The notes: a model not told the origin generated them from the sequence alone. Counted from the whole stretch's first letter, positions 50,537-63,076 are shown. The stretch: 63,862 nt of DNA, filler included, from Choristocarpus tenellus KU-1152 (GCA_964200185.2; 12 parts of 12 records of this genome joined end to end with filler, not necessarily neighbours in it); one strand, 5' to 3'. A program made the numbers and translations.

Positions 50537-51155
50537 CATGTACATGATGGAATTTTACTTATACTCCAGTTGAGTATGTGCACATGTATAGAGTTTACTC
50601 TTTTTGATCAAGTGTTGGTTGCAAATCAAAATGAAGAACATATAGGGGGAGTTACATGAGGAGGTATACATGTGTGGGAAAAATAACAGATTTACTATGA
50701 ATACATTTGATCCTTCGAGTGTGAAAATATGACAACAGTAGTGTTTATGTATAGCGCCAAAATGCACCTTGAAGTCACAAGTCGCACCCAAGAACAAACA
50801 CACGACGATGTATTTGAATAATTATTTTTTTGTCTCATAATTATAAAAATAGGACTCAGTTTCCTAAAATCAATACATTGTTACGAATACCTTAAGCCTC
50901 TGGGTTTGTCCCATCATAACTTTTGATGTAGACATCGGATTAAAATAAAGGCATATTCGTGATGCCCGTCACAAGGCCCTCCAGAGTAGGGGCTTATTTT
51001 TTTATATATTTTTAAAGGAAAGAGCGCTCATATTGGGTTTCGAGCCCTGGATTGTAGGTCACCAAGAGTGGCATCCGATGTACTATTACTTGATAGAAGT
51101 ATACTTGGCTAGCCAGGAAAAAACGCCAGCCAACGAACGACCCAGGGATTGAATG

Positions 51156-52340
51156 CTAAATGAAAATGTAACTCTTGTCTCCATCTGCCACCAGGAATTC
51201 CGAATGTGCTGGGTGCCTATGAGACTTGTACTTCTTGCACTCCTTGTCGGCTTCCAGTCTAGAGGCAGTCATCTTGAAGTAGACCAGATGGTACGTGTAC
51301 GCCTTCTTGCAGTACTTCTCCACGGGCCAAGCAGCCTGCCTATCCTCAGGTGGTTTCAAGCTCAAAGAAACGTTTTTTCGGAGTCCGTCCAAAGGATAGG
51401 TACAGTGCGGTCGTAGCCAGTGCTTTGCTCGACCCCACATGAGCTCGATAGGGTTGAGCTCACAGTGACACTTTGGGAGCATTAGGCATACTCCTCCGTA
51501 CCGCTCGACAAGAAGCTGAAGACTAGGAGCTACCTCGTTGAAGTCCCTCTGCTCTCCAACCACATGCAACATGCTTTTTGCTTGTATTATGTTTCTCTCC
51601 CTTCCCCCCGTCCTTCGTCATTCCGATGCGGAAATAATCTCAATCTCACCTCCTCTTCTTCCCTGGTGTCCTCATCGATGGCTACCTCTACCTGCTCCGC
51701 GACCTCTTCTAAGTAAAGGATTTGGTGGTATCGAAAAGTCTCCACAGCTGCCTTTGATACGATCGCTTTCTCCTCCGCCTTGCGAGCCCTTTTGACCTTC
51801 TTTCGAACTTCAGAGTTCTTGTACCCCAACCCTAGCAATTTCTTTCTCGTTTCCTTAAGTCACTCCGGCTCGCATACCTTCCAAACTGCCAGGGTCTGCT
51901 GCAATTGTCGACGACTAAGATATTCTACACCCGGGTTTTCGCTTAGGTGTTTCCTGAGCGCAATGGCACGCAGTTGCACTGCTCCCCTACCCAAATTTCC
52001 CTTCGGCCAGCCACCCTGTTCTCCTTTCGCCCGCTGTGACCAGGCTTCCCCACAGACCTCGTCGCTGTGTAACACATGGTGATGGCCTCATCGCTCTCCC
52101 CCTCCTTTCCCGAGGAGGCAGAGACTGCGGAGTAGTGCTCCGCAGTGATTGAAGATCCAACCACCATTGTGTGGTAATGTTTTGCATGCATCTTCTCTCA
52201 GCGTCAGTGTCCCGGCAATGTGGTCCATTTCGCGATTTGATCATGCTGCTGCGCCACAGTACAGGCACTTTCTCGTCACCTAACATCCCACTGAGTGTTA
52301 AACGGTACTTGCTTTTCTGTTGACTCTCGACAGAGAAGGT
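51156..52340 (-). pseudogene. Tc1/IS630-superfamily transposase (HCELNPIE group), disrupted
   Basis: HSDE...W...PKGNLGR; EQRDF...LPKCHCELNPIELMWGRAK...KKYKSHR; contains stops and frameshifts. Confidence 0.85.
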
Positions 52341-53286
52341 GCGGAGGGTAGATCCAGGGGGCAGAGTGGCCTCGGCGGCTCTCTTTGTCTCACCTGTTCT
52401 GGTTCATGTTGCTGTGTGGGTCACGCGTGTGTGTGCTCACAGCCTGTCTGCAAATGGCGCTAAAAGATGGCCGCAAATCTTGTTTATTTTTTGGTATCGT
52501 CAGACGCACCAAACTTGTCCAGCAGGCTAGGCCGCATCATTTTTTTGCGGGTAGTTTAGCCAACCACTTAATTTTGTACCTTTTGAAGTTGTGACCTTCA
52601 CAATTGCGCCGGAGATGTTCCTTAAAAAAACATAGGCTACTCATCTGTTTGTTCCTTGATACAATACAGTTCCACCAGTCAATACTGACTGTTGATTGGT
52701 CTGTTACGTTCTGGACGTTTCTTTCNNNNNNNNNNNNNNNNNNNNNNNNNNNNNNNNNNNNNNNNNNNNTTAATTAATTAANNNNNNNNNNNNNNNNNNN
52801 NNNNNNNNNNNNNNNNNNNNNNNNNGGAAAAACGGACGCCGACACCCCCCCCCAGATACATTGACCCATACATATACACGGGCATACAATGGGGAATTTG
52901 TCTTGGGTTATCAGCAGTGGGATGGGTGAATATATGGAGTTAACATACAAGACGCTTGCTGCTTGAAAACCAACGAAAAAGTTACCTCGCTAATATACCC
53001 ACCCTCATACAATATGAAATACTGTGAAGTTAATGAAATTGGGTGCAGAACTCAATATAACAAGAGAAAAGTGAGGTGTGTTTTCCCATACCCAGAGAAC
53101 ATGTCTCGTCATGGTCGCAGCGCTGAACGCCTACCAGGGCCATTGGTGACACTTTGAGGTAAAACCGCTGGAAGCAAAGTTGCACGGGCACTCTTTGTAA
53201 CTGTCACCATTGATGGGTTTCCATTTCCTTGTTTATCAGAACGCTCGCCCCATATACCGTCCCCACCACAGGAGTAGTCCTGATCA

Positions 53287-53471
53287 GGCTCAAAGTATCT
53301 GGGAGGGGTGGCGGCTGTCCATTTGGGGCCAATTTTTTCATGTCACAATTATTGGGTGATTTGGTTGCGTACGTCGGGTGGATAATGTCAGTGCACTTTT
53401 CCTGGTTATGGTCCAAATGGACACCCTGGTGTATACCCCCCCCTCCTTCCCCCCCCCCGATACTTTGGGCC
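53287..53471. mobile_element. MITE family B, TSD ATCA
   Basis: ATCA|GGCTCAAAGTATCT...GATACTTTGGGCC|ATCA. Confidence 0.92.
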
Positions 53472-53714
53472 ATCATCATAAGAGGAAAAAAGGTGTAGGA
53501 GGAAGTAGGATTATAGGATCTAGTAAAACCAATTGAGTGGTAAGCAGATTTGGACCCTTTTGCATTCTAAGCCATCTCTCTTATACCTCGTGCAATTTAC
53601 TCTATTTTATAGCTATATGCACATGCACAATAGTGTACGCAAAATAGACATTACCCCTTTCCAAGCATAAAATGAAACCACTGTTCAGCAAAGGCTCTTT
53701 CTGCAATTGTACAA

Positions 53715-53892
53715 GGCTCAAAGTATCTGGGGGGGAGGTGGCGGCTGTCCATTTGGGGTCAAATTTTGCATGTCGCAAGTTTTGGGCGATTTGGTTGCAT
53801 GCGTCGGATGGATAATGTAAATGCACTTTTCCTGACTTTGGTCCAAGTGGACACCCCGGTGTAGACCCCCCCCCCCCCAGATACTTTGGGTT
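53715..53892. mobile_element. MITE family B, TSD CAA, nested in a family F element
   Basis: CAA|GGCTCAAAGTATCT...GATACTTTGGGTT|CAA. Confidence 0.9.
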
Positions 53893-54473
53893 CAATATGG
53901 AGTTTTTTTCCTCTCTCGGGATCCTTAAAATGCAATCTTGCTTATATCTCAGAAATTCTGGCCCTACAGGTTCACCTTGCTTATCTGAGGGCAAAGCGCA
54001 CACTATCGCATGTTGCAATACACTCCTATCTTTGAAGTAGTACCATCGATCTGGGTGTGGTCAAGCCTGCCCCAAGTTGGAAGACGCTAGGGTGAGATCC
54101 TGGTCAAGAATTGCCGTTGCCTGCACAGTATAGAGCATTCCCCTCAACAACAGACGTATTGCGTATGTATCATACAGCACACTCGCCTCTATCACTGAGT
54201 GTCATGCATTACACTCTAATTAGTACAATATTCCTATGAAATCCCTGACAAAGATGTTGAAGCCACTATCACTATAGACCCTTACGATATAAAAATGTAA
54301 TTGAACCCATTTATATCAAATACCCGCGCATATGTAAGGGGAGATAGAAAAATGCACAAACCGGGACGCTGGCAAGCTCCAGAAGTTGAACGAGGATGAT
54401 AGATGGCTCCAAATCATTCTTCAAACTCTTGCAATTTCAAAAAATAATCGCAGGTCGTTCACACATCATGGTT

Positions 54474-54730
54474 GAGCCAAAGTATCTTAGAGGGTAGAGC
54501 TGCGTCCATTTGGGGGCCAAAATCCAATGATGCGATTTTGATGTAATTTTGACCATCGTGTTGTTAGGAAGTGTCAATATCCATGTTCTGGACACACCTT
54601 TTCATAACATACACATTTTACCTGCTCCGAAACATTTTGGAGTAGGAAAATGTCATTAAAAAACTATGGGAAGTCAAGCCCCAAATGGACAAAGAGGGCA
54701 AAACTCGTACCCTCTAAGATACTTTCACCC
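54474..54730 (+). mobile_element. MITE family A, no clear TSD
   Basis: GAGCCAAAGTATCTT...GATACTTTCACCC; very similar to 58065-58323 in reverse. Confidence 0.92.
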
Positions 54731-55811
54731 ATTTGGACCAGTATCCAACAAGTTTCCCCACTCTTATCACACAACAGAGTCAATCGATTTTGACCTATAC
54801 ATTTGGGCAGATAATCCTTTCCCCACAAAATACTGTATCGAATGGTCAGCCTCCCTATGGGTGCATTGCGAGGAAGTAATATCAAAGACTGGGGTTAGGT
54901 GGAGGTAAGGGGAGACACTGACGTGTTCCTTTGAAGAGTTCCAGTCCACACCACCGGTGCAAGCTGCCTATTTATTTTTTTTAGGCTGAGTTAATGCACT
55001 CTGTCATGTCGCTGAAGATAATGGTCTGGGTACTCACCCTCCTCTCACATGCACTCGTTTAGCCTGTGACAGCTGCTTTGCATATCAAAACGGGTTTGCA
55101 TGAACACATAGAGGAGTGTGCTCGGGACGTGGTATTTCCAGAGGGTGGCTGTGATCTCCCGGAAGAGGTCAATATTGACTCTTTGTTGCCTGTTCATCCC
55201 TTGCCAGACTGCCCATCCCATGGAATCTCACGCTCACTTTCTGAGAACCTCTCAGAACTTACCAATATTGGATGCATACACCAGTGGATCCTATCACAAC
55301 CATATTTGGGGGCGAAGTCAACTACTATTCAATCGCAAAACCAATTAGTCACACAAGTGTTAAAAGTACTTGTATGACATACTCCCCTGCTATGAACACA
55401 CAGTGGGATGGGCGTCATTCCAGAGCAACATAGAGCAACAGTAGTGTCATAAACTCATATGGGAGACTTCCCTGTCATAACATACGTGATGGGGTATCAT
55501 TTTTACCAGATCAAAACAAAGACAGGTAGAATCAAGATCGGATTTCACTTGAGAGGGGTGACTACCCTTTACAAGCTTGCTGGACGAAACACTTACAAGC
55601 AAGTCTTAACAAACTTATACTAGTACCCTGGGTATCTCTAGCTTATAGCCAACTGGAATGTTCTTTCACAATAAATGTGCTTGCTATACTTGAACTCGCA
55701 AATTCGGAAATCCCTTTGTCTCCAACCAATCAACCACCAGAGGTTAATAGGCGTAGACATCAGCACTAAGTAATCTGTCAACAAAACGAACGACACTCAG
55801 TCGTACAGAAA

Positions 55812-56477
55812 TGCTACAGTACGCTCCAAAGCTTACCTCCACAGGATATATAGCTCCAATCCACAGGCCTATAGATGGCGCTGATGCCTGTACAGGACCC
55901 ATGAGACTCTTCGACAGTCAAAAGAGTCAAAGGTATCTTAGAGGGTCGAGCTGTGCCCGTTTGGGGGCCAAAACCCAAAGTAGCGATTTTGATGCAATTT
56001 TGGCTATAGTGTTTGGTAGGAAGTGTCAATATCCTCGTTCGGGACACACTTTTTCATAACGTACACATTTTACCTACTCCAAACTGTTTCGGAGATAGGT
56101 AAATTGTCGTAAGAACCCGTGGGAAGCCAAGCCCCAAACGGACAAACAGGGAAAAACTCGCACCCTCCAAGATACTTTCACTCAAAAGTTCAATGAGGAT
56201 GGTGAATATCAGGTCAGCAGATGAAGGAAAGTCTTAATCAATGGGAACGTTACAACAGAGATATAAGAGTGAAAACGAGGGCTATCTTCATCCCTTAATC
56301 TCCTTCGAGTTTATAGACGCCGTAATACATCTGAAAATCGCTGTTTTATTCTAAATTACAGATCTTACTCTGCAACTTTAGCAAATTAGGCTTCTCATTT
56401 TGGGGTTCCTCGCTCATTTTTACTGCTCACACTGGTTAGAGCTCGAAAAGAAACACTTGCACTATTTGCTTGTAACA
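55812..56477. mobile_element. Solo LTR family 2 (reverse orientation), split by a MITE
   Basis: GAAA|TGCTACAG...TTGTAACA|GAAG; CTCCACAGGAT block matches the reverse complement of the family 2 end. Confidence 0.65.
55924..56183 (+). mobile_element. MITE family A, TSD AAAA
   Basis: AAAA|GAGTCAAAGGTATCTT...GATACTTTCACTC|AAAA. Confidence 0.9.
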
Positions 56478-56699
56478 GAAGGGGATGCAGAGTACGTATC
56501 TCCAGGCAAATATCAACGTTACTCATTTTGTGACACATGATATTCAGTGTAACTCAGCACAATCAGGCAAACAAAAGGGGGCGGATAAATATGCAGTACA
56601 AGAGAAATATCTTCATTTCACAACATACGGTCTGATTAAACAGAGATTCAATGCGCTTCTCCTTGCAGAATAAACCATCAGTAAGTGCTGTCAAGCACA

Positions 56700-57840
56700 G
56701 ATGCTAAAAACAAAGCATCCACCAAGATCAAATTGCAATACTTACTTGACATCAAGATTGAATATCCCTCTAGCATGCACAGGTTCTTCCAGCCTCAATA
56801 TCTTTGGTATGCTCCAATGCACCCCGAAGCTGGTACTAATCACCCAAATTCCCAATCAATGCAAGACCTCCTGAAGAGTCGCCACGCTACCTGGATCTCA
56901 TGTGCAATCGGCATGAGGCCTGTCCATACACGATACACTTGACCTGCAATCATCCACCTTGCAGCTCTGGAGATGTCTCTTGTAGATCCCTTCCAGTCCA
57001 ATAGTGTGCCAGGTAGCACATGGGAGGAGAGGGGGTTCAAGCTCGACTAGCCTTAGCAATATGCCTTGGCATCCCCTCCCCTGGTTAGACATGTGGCGCA
57101 CCATGCCAGGTGGATGAAGATGGGCACCTTGGAAGTGCTTCTTATTCCACCTACTTTGACCTGCAATGGGCTAGGCAATACATGAGGGCATGGGGGGGGG
57201 GAAGAGAATATTTAGACCCAGGCAACATGCCACGACCTCCCCTCCCTTGATGAGGCTTGTAAAACTCCACTCCACCAGTCTCACCAGTCTTGTGCAGGCA
57301 GCCCTTGCCGACCACCTGGCTCGCTAGGATGCCTTCCCTGCGAGAGCCATCAATGTCTGCCATTGTTGCAACCACCTTGGAAAGAGGAACGCCTTTTCCT
57401 ACCGGGGTTGGTTGTTTGACTCCTTCTCCCGAGGAGTTGGAGGCTCTGCTCGAGTCTTTCCACGGGCGAGCAGAGGGATATCGAAGTCTGTCATCACGGC
57501 AAGTTCCTCAGTACTAGCAAGGCCTTCCCCTCCAGAGGTTGCACGCTTGGCTCCTTCTCCATTGGGAGTTGGAGGCTCGTCTCTAGGCCTTTTACGGGCG
57601 AGTGGGGGGTTGTGAAGGTGTGCCATCGCGGCAAGCAACTCATATGTAGCTGCTCCTTTCACCTCTGGTGGAGGCTTAGCTACTGCTCCTGCTGATGTCC
57701 TGCTCCTCTTGGTGGCAGGTACAGCGAATGCTTCTCTGACTCTGTAAGCAAGAATCTTGCCATCTCCAATCAATGGACATGCCTCTTCAGGGATAAGTGT
57801 GGTGACTGCTCTGAGTCCATCTGGCGCAGGCTTGGCCACA
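56700..57840 (-). pseudogene. Decayed coding region, possibly of retroelement origin
   Basis: Open Pro/Ala-rich frame 57399-57839 with an internal repeat, followed by broken protein-like sequence; no catalytic motif confirmed. Confidence 0.2.
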
Positions 57841-58064
57841 GGTCCAGCTCTGGCTGCATTGCCTCGATTGTTTCTGTCCGTTAAATCATAGGCTACTCAT
57901 TTTTTTCTTCTTGATATGATACACTATCACCAGTCCATAACCAATTTTGAGTGGGTGGGACAGGTGTATGGGATGAGGACAGTGGGGTGGGGGCAGGAGT
58001 GTGGTTGGGGCATTGGCGTGGGTGGTGTCCAGACTGGTGGCAGTGACGTCAGGGGCTGGCTTGA

Positions 58065-58323
58065 GAGTGAAAGTATCTTAGAGGGTACGAGTTTTGCCCT
58101 CTTTGTCCATTTGGGGCTTGACTTCCCATAGTTTTTTTAAATTGCATTTTCCTACTTCAAAATGTTTCGGAGTAGGTAATATGTGTATGTTATGAAAAGG
58201 TGTGTGCAGAACATGGATATCGACACTTCCTAACAACACGATGGTCAAAATTACATCAAAATCGCATCATTGGATTTTGGCCCCCAAATGGACGCAGCTC
58301 TACCCTCTAAGATACTTTGGCTC
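58065..58323 (-). mobile_element. MITE family A, TSD TTGA
   Basis: TTGA|GAGTGAAAGTATCTT...GATACTTTGGCTC|TTGA. Confidence 0.95.
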
Positions 58324-58329
58324 TTGAGC

Positions 58330-58633
58330 AGTGGAAGCAAATTTGGCTGGGATAGCGCTGTCCGAAAAAAGGATGGGCGTCTTCTGCAGCCAGGAATTGA
58401 TGATGGTCGCGCCATGTCCTTCAAAGTTCAGTCTTGGCCCAGTAGAGTCGAAGAAGCTGTTGGTCAGGATCCTCGCCAGGTTCTTTTGCTGACAGTGCCA
58501 ACCGGCGTTTATTAACGTGTATCACTTGTTCAGTGGCAGTCTCATACTTAGCAGCCAGGGCATGGTAAGCAGAGAGGTCGGTATTGATGTTGCCATCACG
58601 CTGATGTCGTACATGTAGAGAGACTTGGGCCAA
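58330..58633 (-). mobile_element. Copia gag fragment
   Basis: AYHALAAKYE...KEPGEDPDQQLLRL. Confidence 0.5.
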
Positions 58634-59186
58634 TCTGTGGCAGATGGAAGGAGTACGCCGAACATCTGGTCATGGCGTTCCTCAATAGTAGATGTGACGT
58701 TGTTTTCAGTGTGCGTTGAAGGGTGTGGGAATAATGCTATCTTGAGTGTAGTGAGGTTGGGGAAAACTGTGGTGAGTAGTACATGGCTAGGTCGTACAAG
58801 GCCAGGTTGTACGTGGCATTCAGGTGTTAAGGCTCATAAACTGTTGAAAACTTAATCCAATGACGCATGCTTTCGTGTGCAATGGGTAGTTTATCATGCG
58901 AATAGGTGTCATAGTGCTGCAAAGCATCGTTGAATTTGCTCTATGTTGCAACTGAAGTCATGGCTTGCTCAGTCAGAAGATGGATGATATGTATTCGATG
59001 TTCTTCCTTGGTACACTCAAAGGAAGAAATGCATGCTCTAAGAAGAGGCTTGACACCTTGGCAGACAAGGGTTTCTGTGCATGTTTTAACTCTGAATATA
59101 TGGCATCCTGGTGTGCATCAGGTACACTAAACGCAGAGTGAGCTTGGTGCGTTATGAGGGGATAATGCTAATCAAGAAGAAGAATA

Positions 59187-59340
59187 AAAGTAAGAGTATC
59201 TTGGAGGACACGAGTTTGGCCCTGTTTGTCCGTTTGGGGCATAGCTTCCCGCGGGGTTTTTTATGACAATTTCCTACTCTCAACTGTTTTGGAGTAGGTA
59301 AAATGTATACGTTATGAAAAGGTGTGCCTGGAAAAAGAAT
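59187..59340 (-). mobile_element. MITE family A, truncated and degenerate
   Basis: AGTATCTTGGAGGACACGAG...TGTTTGTCCGTTTGGGGC...GTTATGAAAAGGTGTG. Confidence 0.75.
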
Positions 59341-60914
59341 ACAGTAGGTTACCCGATTTTGTTCACCCATGGGCATGCCCGAAAAAGCGGAACAAAATTG
59401 ATGTGGTACAAAACCGGAAATCAATCGTGGAATCGACTAATTAATCGTGGTGAGCTGGGGAATGAATCATAAGCTTCATGGATAGGATGGNNNNNNNNNN
59501 NNNNNNNNNNNNNNNNNNNNNNNNNNNNNNNNNNTTAATTAATTAANNNNNNNNNNNNNNNNNNNNNNNNNNNNNNNNNNNNNNNNNNNNCCCGAACTTG
59601 ACCTCCCCTCCCACCCTGAGATCCAAGTCGTTCGTGAGCAAGCAACAGGGCGGGTGGGCGGGAAAGCTTGCTTGGGGGTCCTCTTGATCTAGCCTTCCTC
59701 GTCTTGTCCCCCAGTCTCAGGTTTCCTCATTCGATTCAATACTGTTGATTCCTTCTCCCCTTTTGCCTCTGTCTGCCACCTATTTTCTTAACCACTCAAT
59801 CTTAACTCTTCATTCCCCCCTTAATACTTATATTTCTTTACTGTCCCCTTCCTTGCCCTGTGCCCCCAACCAACCAGAATTCTTCCGCCCACAAAACTCA
59901 GATTACTTCATAAACTTTCCCTTTATTAGAACAAAGTGTAGATATGTTGGCAGAATGTAGCACCATAATTAATTTATTGGTTAGTGTACTTTCAGTTCGC
60001 TGCATGGCGCAACGATATCAATACATTTTACAGATATTATTGAGAAAGGAGAGTGCAACATACAAATGAAACACTTCAACCACTGGTCAAAGACACCACA
60101 AAGATTAGATATACATATTGTACTTAGGAAACCATGCCATTGTAATAGTTCAAGTACCATTATATTTATTAGCCGAGAGTGAGGACAAGTAGTCCTATCC
60201 TGGAATGCTTTCCTTGTTTCTATAACACCTACATTGTGTTGATCCATTAGAATCATCATTAGAACGCCTTTTTGTTTCAAAGATGCAATACAACTGTCTT
60301 GAATAGTTTAGAAGAGTATCTATCCCTTGTTTTGAGTTACATACAAATATTTTTTAACCACTGTTGTATAGGAGGATGCTTATTTGTAAGTAGTATAGAC
60401 TCTTCTGTGGTCTTTGTTGTGTTCTCTTGTATTTCTTCCCCCCCCCGCCCCCATAGCAATATCTGAAAAATGCCAGCAAACAAATAAAAGAGATCTTTGA
60501 GGTAAGCAATCCCTTAACCAATATTCTCAAGCAGAGCCTTTTCCTGCCATTCTCATCTGCAATTATTGAGGATGACTTTGTTCTCATTTTGAGCAGCCAA
60601 TGACACAGTCCCTTCTGCAATTTTTTTGCTACACATGAGGGCTAATTGTTGCTGTATCCTCAGGTAGTGATTTGTATTTGATCACCAGCAGTGCTAATAC
60701 GCATTGTGTCGGGTTTGCCATCCGTTGTAGGGCTTTATCAACACCAGCGTTTGTTGGTCGACCATGTTAATAAGAGGCTATGTATGAAATGTACCTAAGA
60801 ACAGGGCCAAAAAATGGTCGTGGCTCAGGTCTTCCTATTATACACTACGATACATTGTAGGTATTAGTTGTACAGGCACACAATAGGTAAGTCGATACAT
60901 AATGTGTAAGCTTT

Positions 60915-61178
60915 GATTCAGAGTAAACGAGAGGTACCTCGATGCATTTTTAAAATGCTGACAAACATGTGCCAAATTCAACTCTCTTTTTTTGCAAATG
61001 TATGTAGGATTTTTTCTGAGTATTGTTGAAAAAAAGTTCAAACAACAGAAATATTATCGCTCTCAAAATCGAACTTATAACTTCATCCATAGAATCATGG
61101 GTGACTTGAAAAAAGATTGGAAAACAGACTTCAAATGCACGATGGCCAAGACCTCAGTACCTCCATTTACATTGACTC
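60915..61178. mobile_element. MITE family D, TSD TTT (or CTTT sharing the terminal C)
   Basis: CTTT|GATTCAGAGTAAACGAGAGGTACC...GTACCTCCATTTACATTGACTC|TTT. Confidence 0.7.
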
Positions 61179-61377
61179 TTTAATGCCTAGCCTCTCTTAG
61201 TTCCTTGCTGGATGTTTATCCTTAGTAGAATCTGGAGGTTCTCCTCCTGTCTTCACAAGTTGAAGACATCAACAACTAGGTAGTACCAGATACATCATTG
61301 CCTAGTTCTGGCGGCAGACTTGATCCTACCAATCTCATCATCTTTACATTTTACAATTGATCTCTAGGAAGCCCTCC

Positions 61378-61636
61378 AAGCCGAAGTAAACGAGAGGTGC
61401 CCAGTTTTGGGACGTTTTTCATTTAAATGCAGGCTTTTGAATATTTTGCAATTCACCGATATTTCTACGGATAAATTGCTAAGTTTGACTTGATAGGGTT
61501 GATTTCTTTATTGTTTGAAATATTTCGACACAATGGAAAAATACCCTATACTCATTTGTATAAAAGTCGAATTTTGCGCATATTTGCGTTATTCTTAGAA
61601 TGCACCTCTGGGTACCTCTCGTTTACTTTTTGACTC
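61378..61636. mobile_element. MITE family D-like
   Basis: GAAGTAAACGAGAGGTGCCCAG...CTGGGTACCTCTCGTTTACTTTTTGACTC; another D-like end lies at 29000-29028. Confidence 0.7.
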
Positions 61637-61845
61637 ACTGCAGGAGGAGTGACGGGTCTACACTGGGATGTAAGGCTTGACAGAGTAGACTAAGCCTGCT
61701 GATATGCTTGGGTAGACAGCAGATTAAACCGCCCAGTCTACCAACAATCCACTCCTCCACCCACCCTCCCGCCCTTGCCCTCACCCTCCACATCTTTAAT
61801 CCATGTTCTTGTATCAAATTTCTATCATTTTTGCCATTGTGACAG

Positions 61846-62127
61846 GGGAGATGATGCCATGGCTGTACTGGATGTAATGTTTTCCGAGGGAGTTGCCCCA
61901 GACACCAAGTCATACCAATTCGCCATCCAAGCCGTTAAGGACCAGGCACGCCTTCCCAGGGCCAATGAGGAGAAACAGGAAAAGGAGGTGGACAAAAAAG
62001 TTAACCAACTTGAGGGCCTGATGCGCCAGGCAGACAGTGGTTCTACCGAGGTTGAGGGGGTAGAAGTAGATGCGGGGACTCTCTGGGCAGCAGCATCGGC
62101 GTTGATTTCTGAAGTGGAGACTGATGG
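61846..62127 (+). CDS. Exon of a pentatricopeptide-repeat (PPR) protein
   Basis: cag acceptor after a pyrimidine tract; DAMAVLDVMFSEGVAPDTKSYQFAIQA fits the PPR consensus; ends at donor gtaatg or at TAA 62129-62131. Confidence 0.65.
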
Positions 62128-63076
62128 GTAATGGTGTAGTTATGGTGGTAGAGCTCTGTTGTTGTACAAGCATTTATTTTTATTCTATGTATTTTGCACA
62201 TTTGTGTTTTTCCATGCCACGATAATTATGAATTGTCGATTTTCTATCGAATAGGGTGACTCTTGCTGGAAGTACACACTTTGAGTGGTCTTACTGATGA
62301 AAGGATGGTTGATTGCCACGAGGGAGGAGAGGACCCTGCTTCCAGGAGGTCCTGTCCCCTGAAAGCATGTGTCTAATAGTACTACAGAAAAAAATCGACT
62401 GTGTACCTCTTTTCGTATTCCGTACCTTCTAAGACCTTGAAAAGCTACTGCAAGACCGTAAATATTGAAGATCGTCCGTCATAAATACGCTTTTGTGATT
62501 CAAAACACGCAATCAGCTGACTCTACCTGCGCGTACATTATGCATACCAGCGCCCAAGGAAACCGCCACAAACAGGGCTTTCCAACATCTTCACAGAATC
62601 TTTGACTTGCTATGCATGATAATTTGTTATACGTCCGCAAGCCTCTCATATGTACATACATACGTGCATATGCTGTTAGGATATTTGCTTATTGAGGACC
62701 GTGGGGAGGGGTTGTACAACTCGACAAGAACATACATATGTATGCATACAATAAAAAACAGTTTCGACCTATTTATGAACCCCCAAAGAGGATAGGGCCT
62801 CTTCCTCTACCGTCTTTGGGTTGCGGAAGGTAGTCGCCATACGTTCTTCCAACCAAACGATCACTTCCATTTTGCTCACAAGTGTTGCTCTATGCCGTGA
62901 TACCCCTAGTCAATTTTCACAATGCTGTGGAGGATCAGTTGGCTAAGCTTGAGTGGTTGGTCTCAATCAAAGATCTTACATTTTCTAGCTCTCATACCTG
63001 CTTTCGAGAATTTGTTCTATTGAGTGTTTGAGCAGCCCTGAATCCTGAAGTACCTCTACCCTTAAACTCTCGATTG

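Noticed and set aside
7535-59590. Regularly recurring palindrome TTAATTAATTAA
   Set aside because: It is always centred in 88 N and is an artificial six-frame-stop linker. ORFs ending in LIN or X-runs and cross-linker gene neighbourhoods are artefacts.
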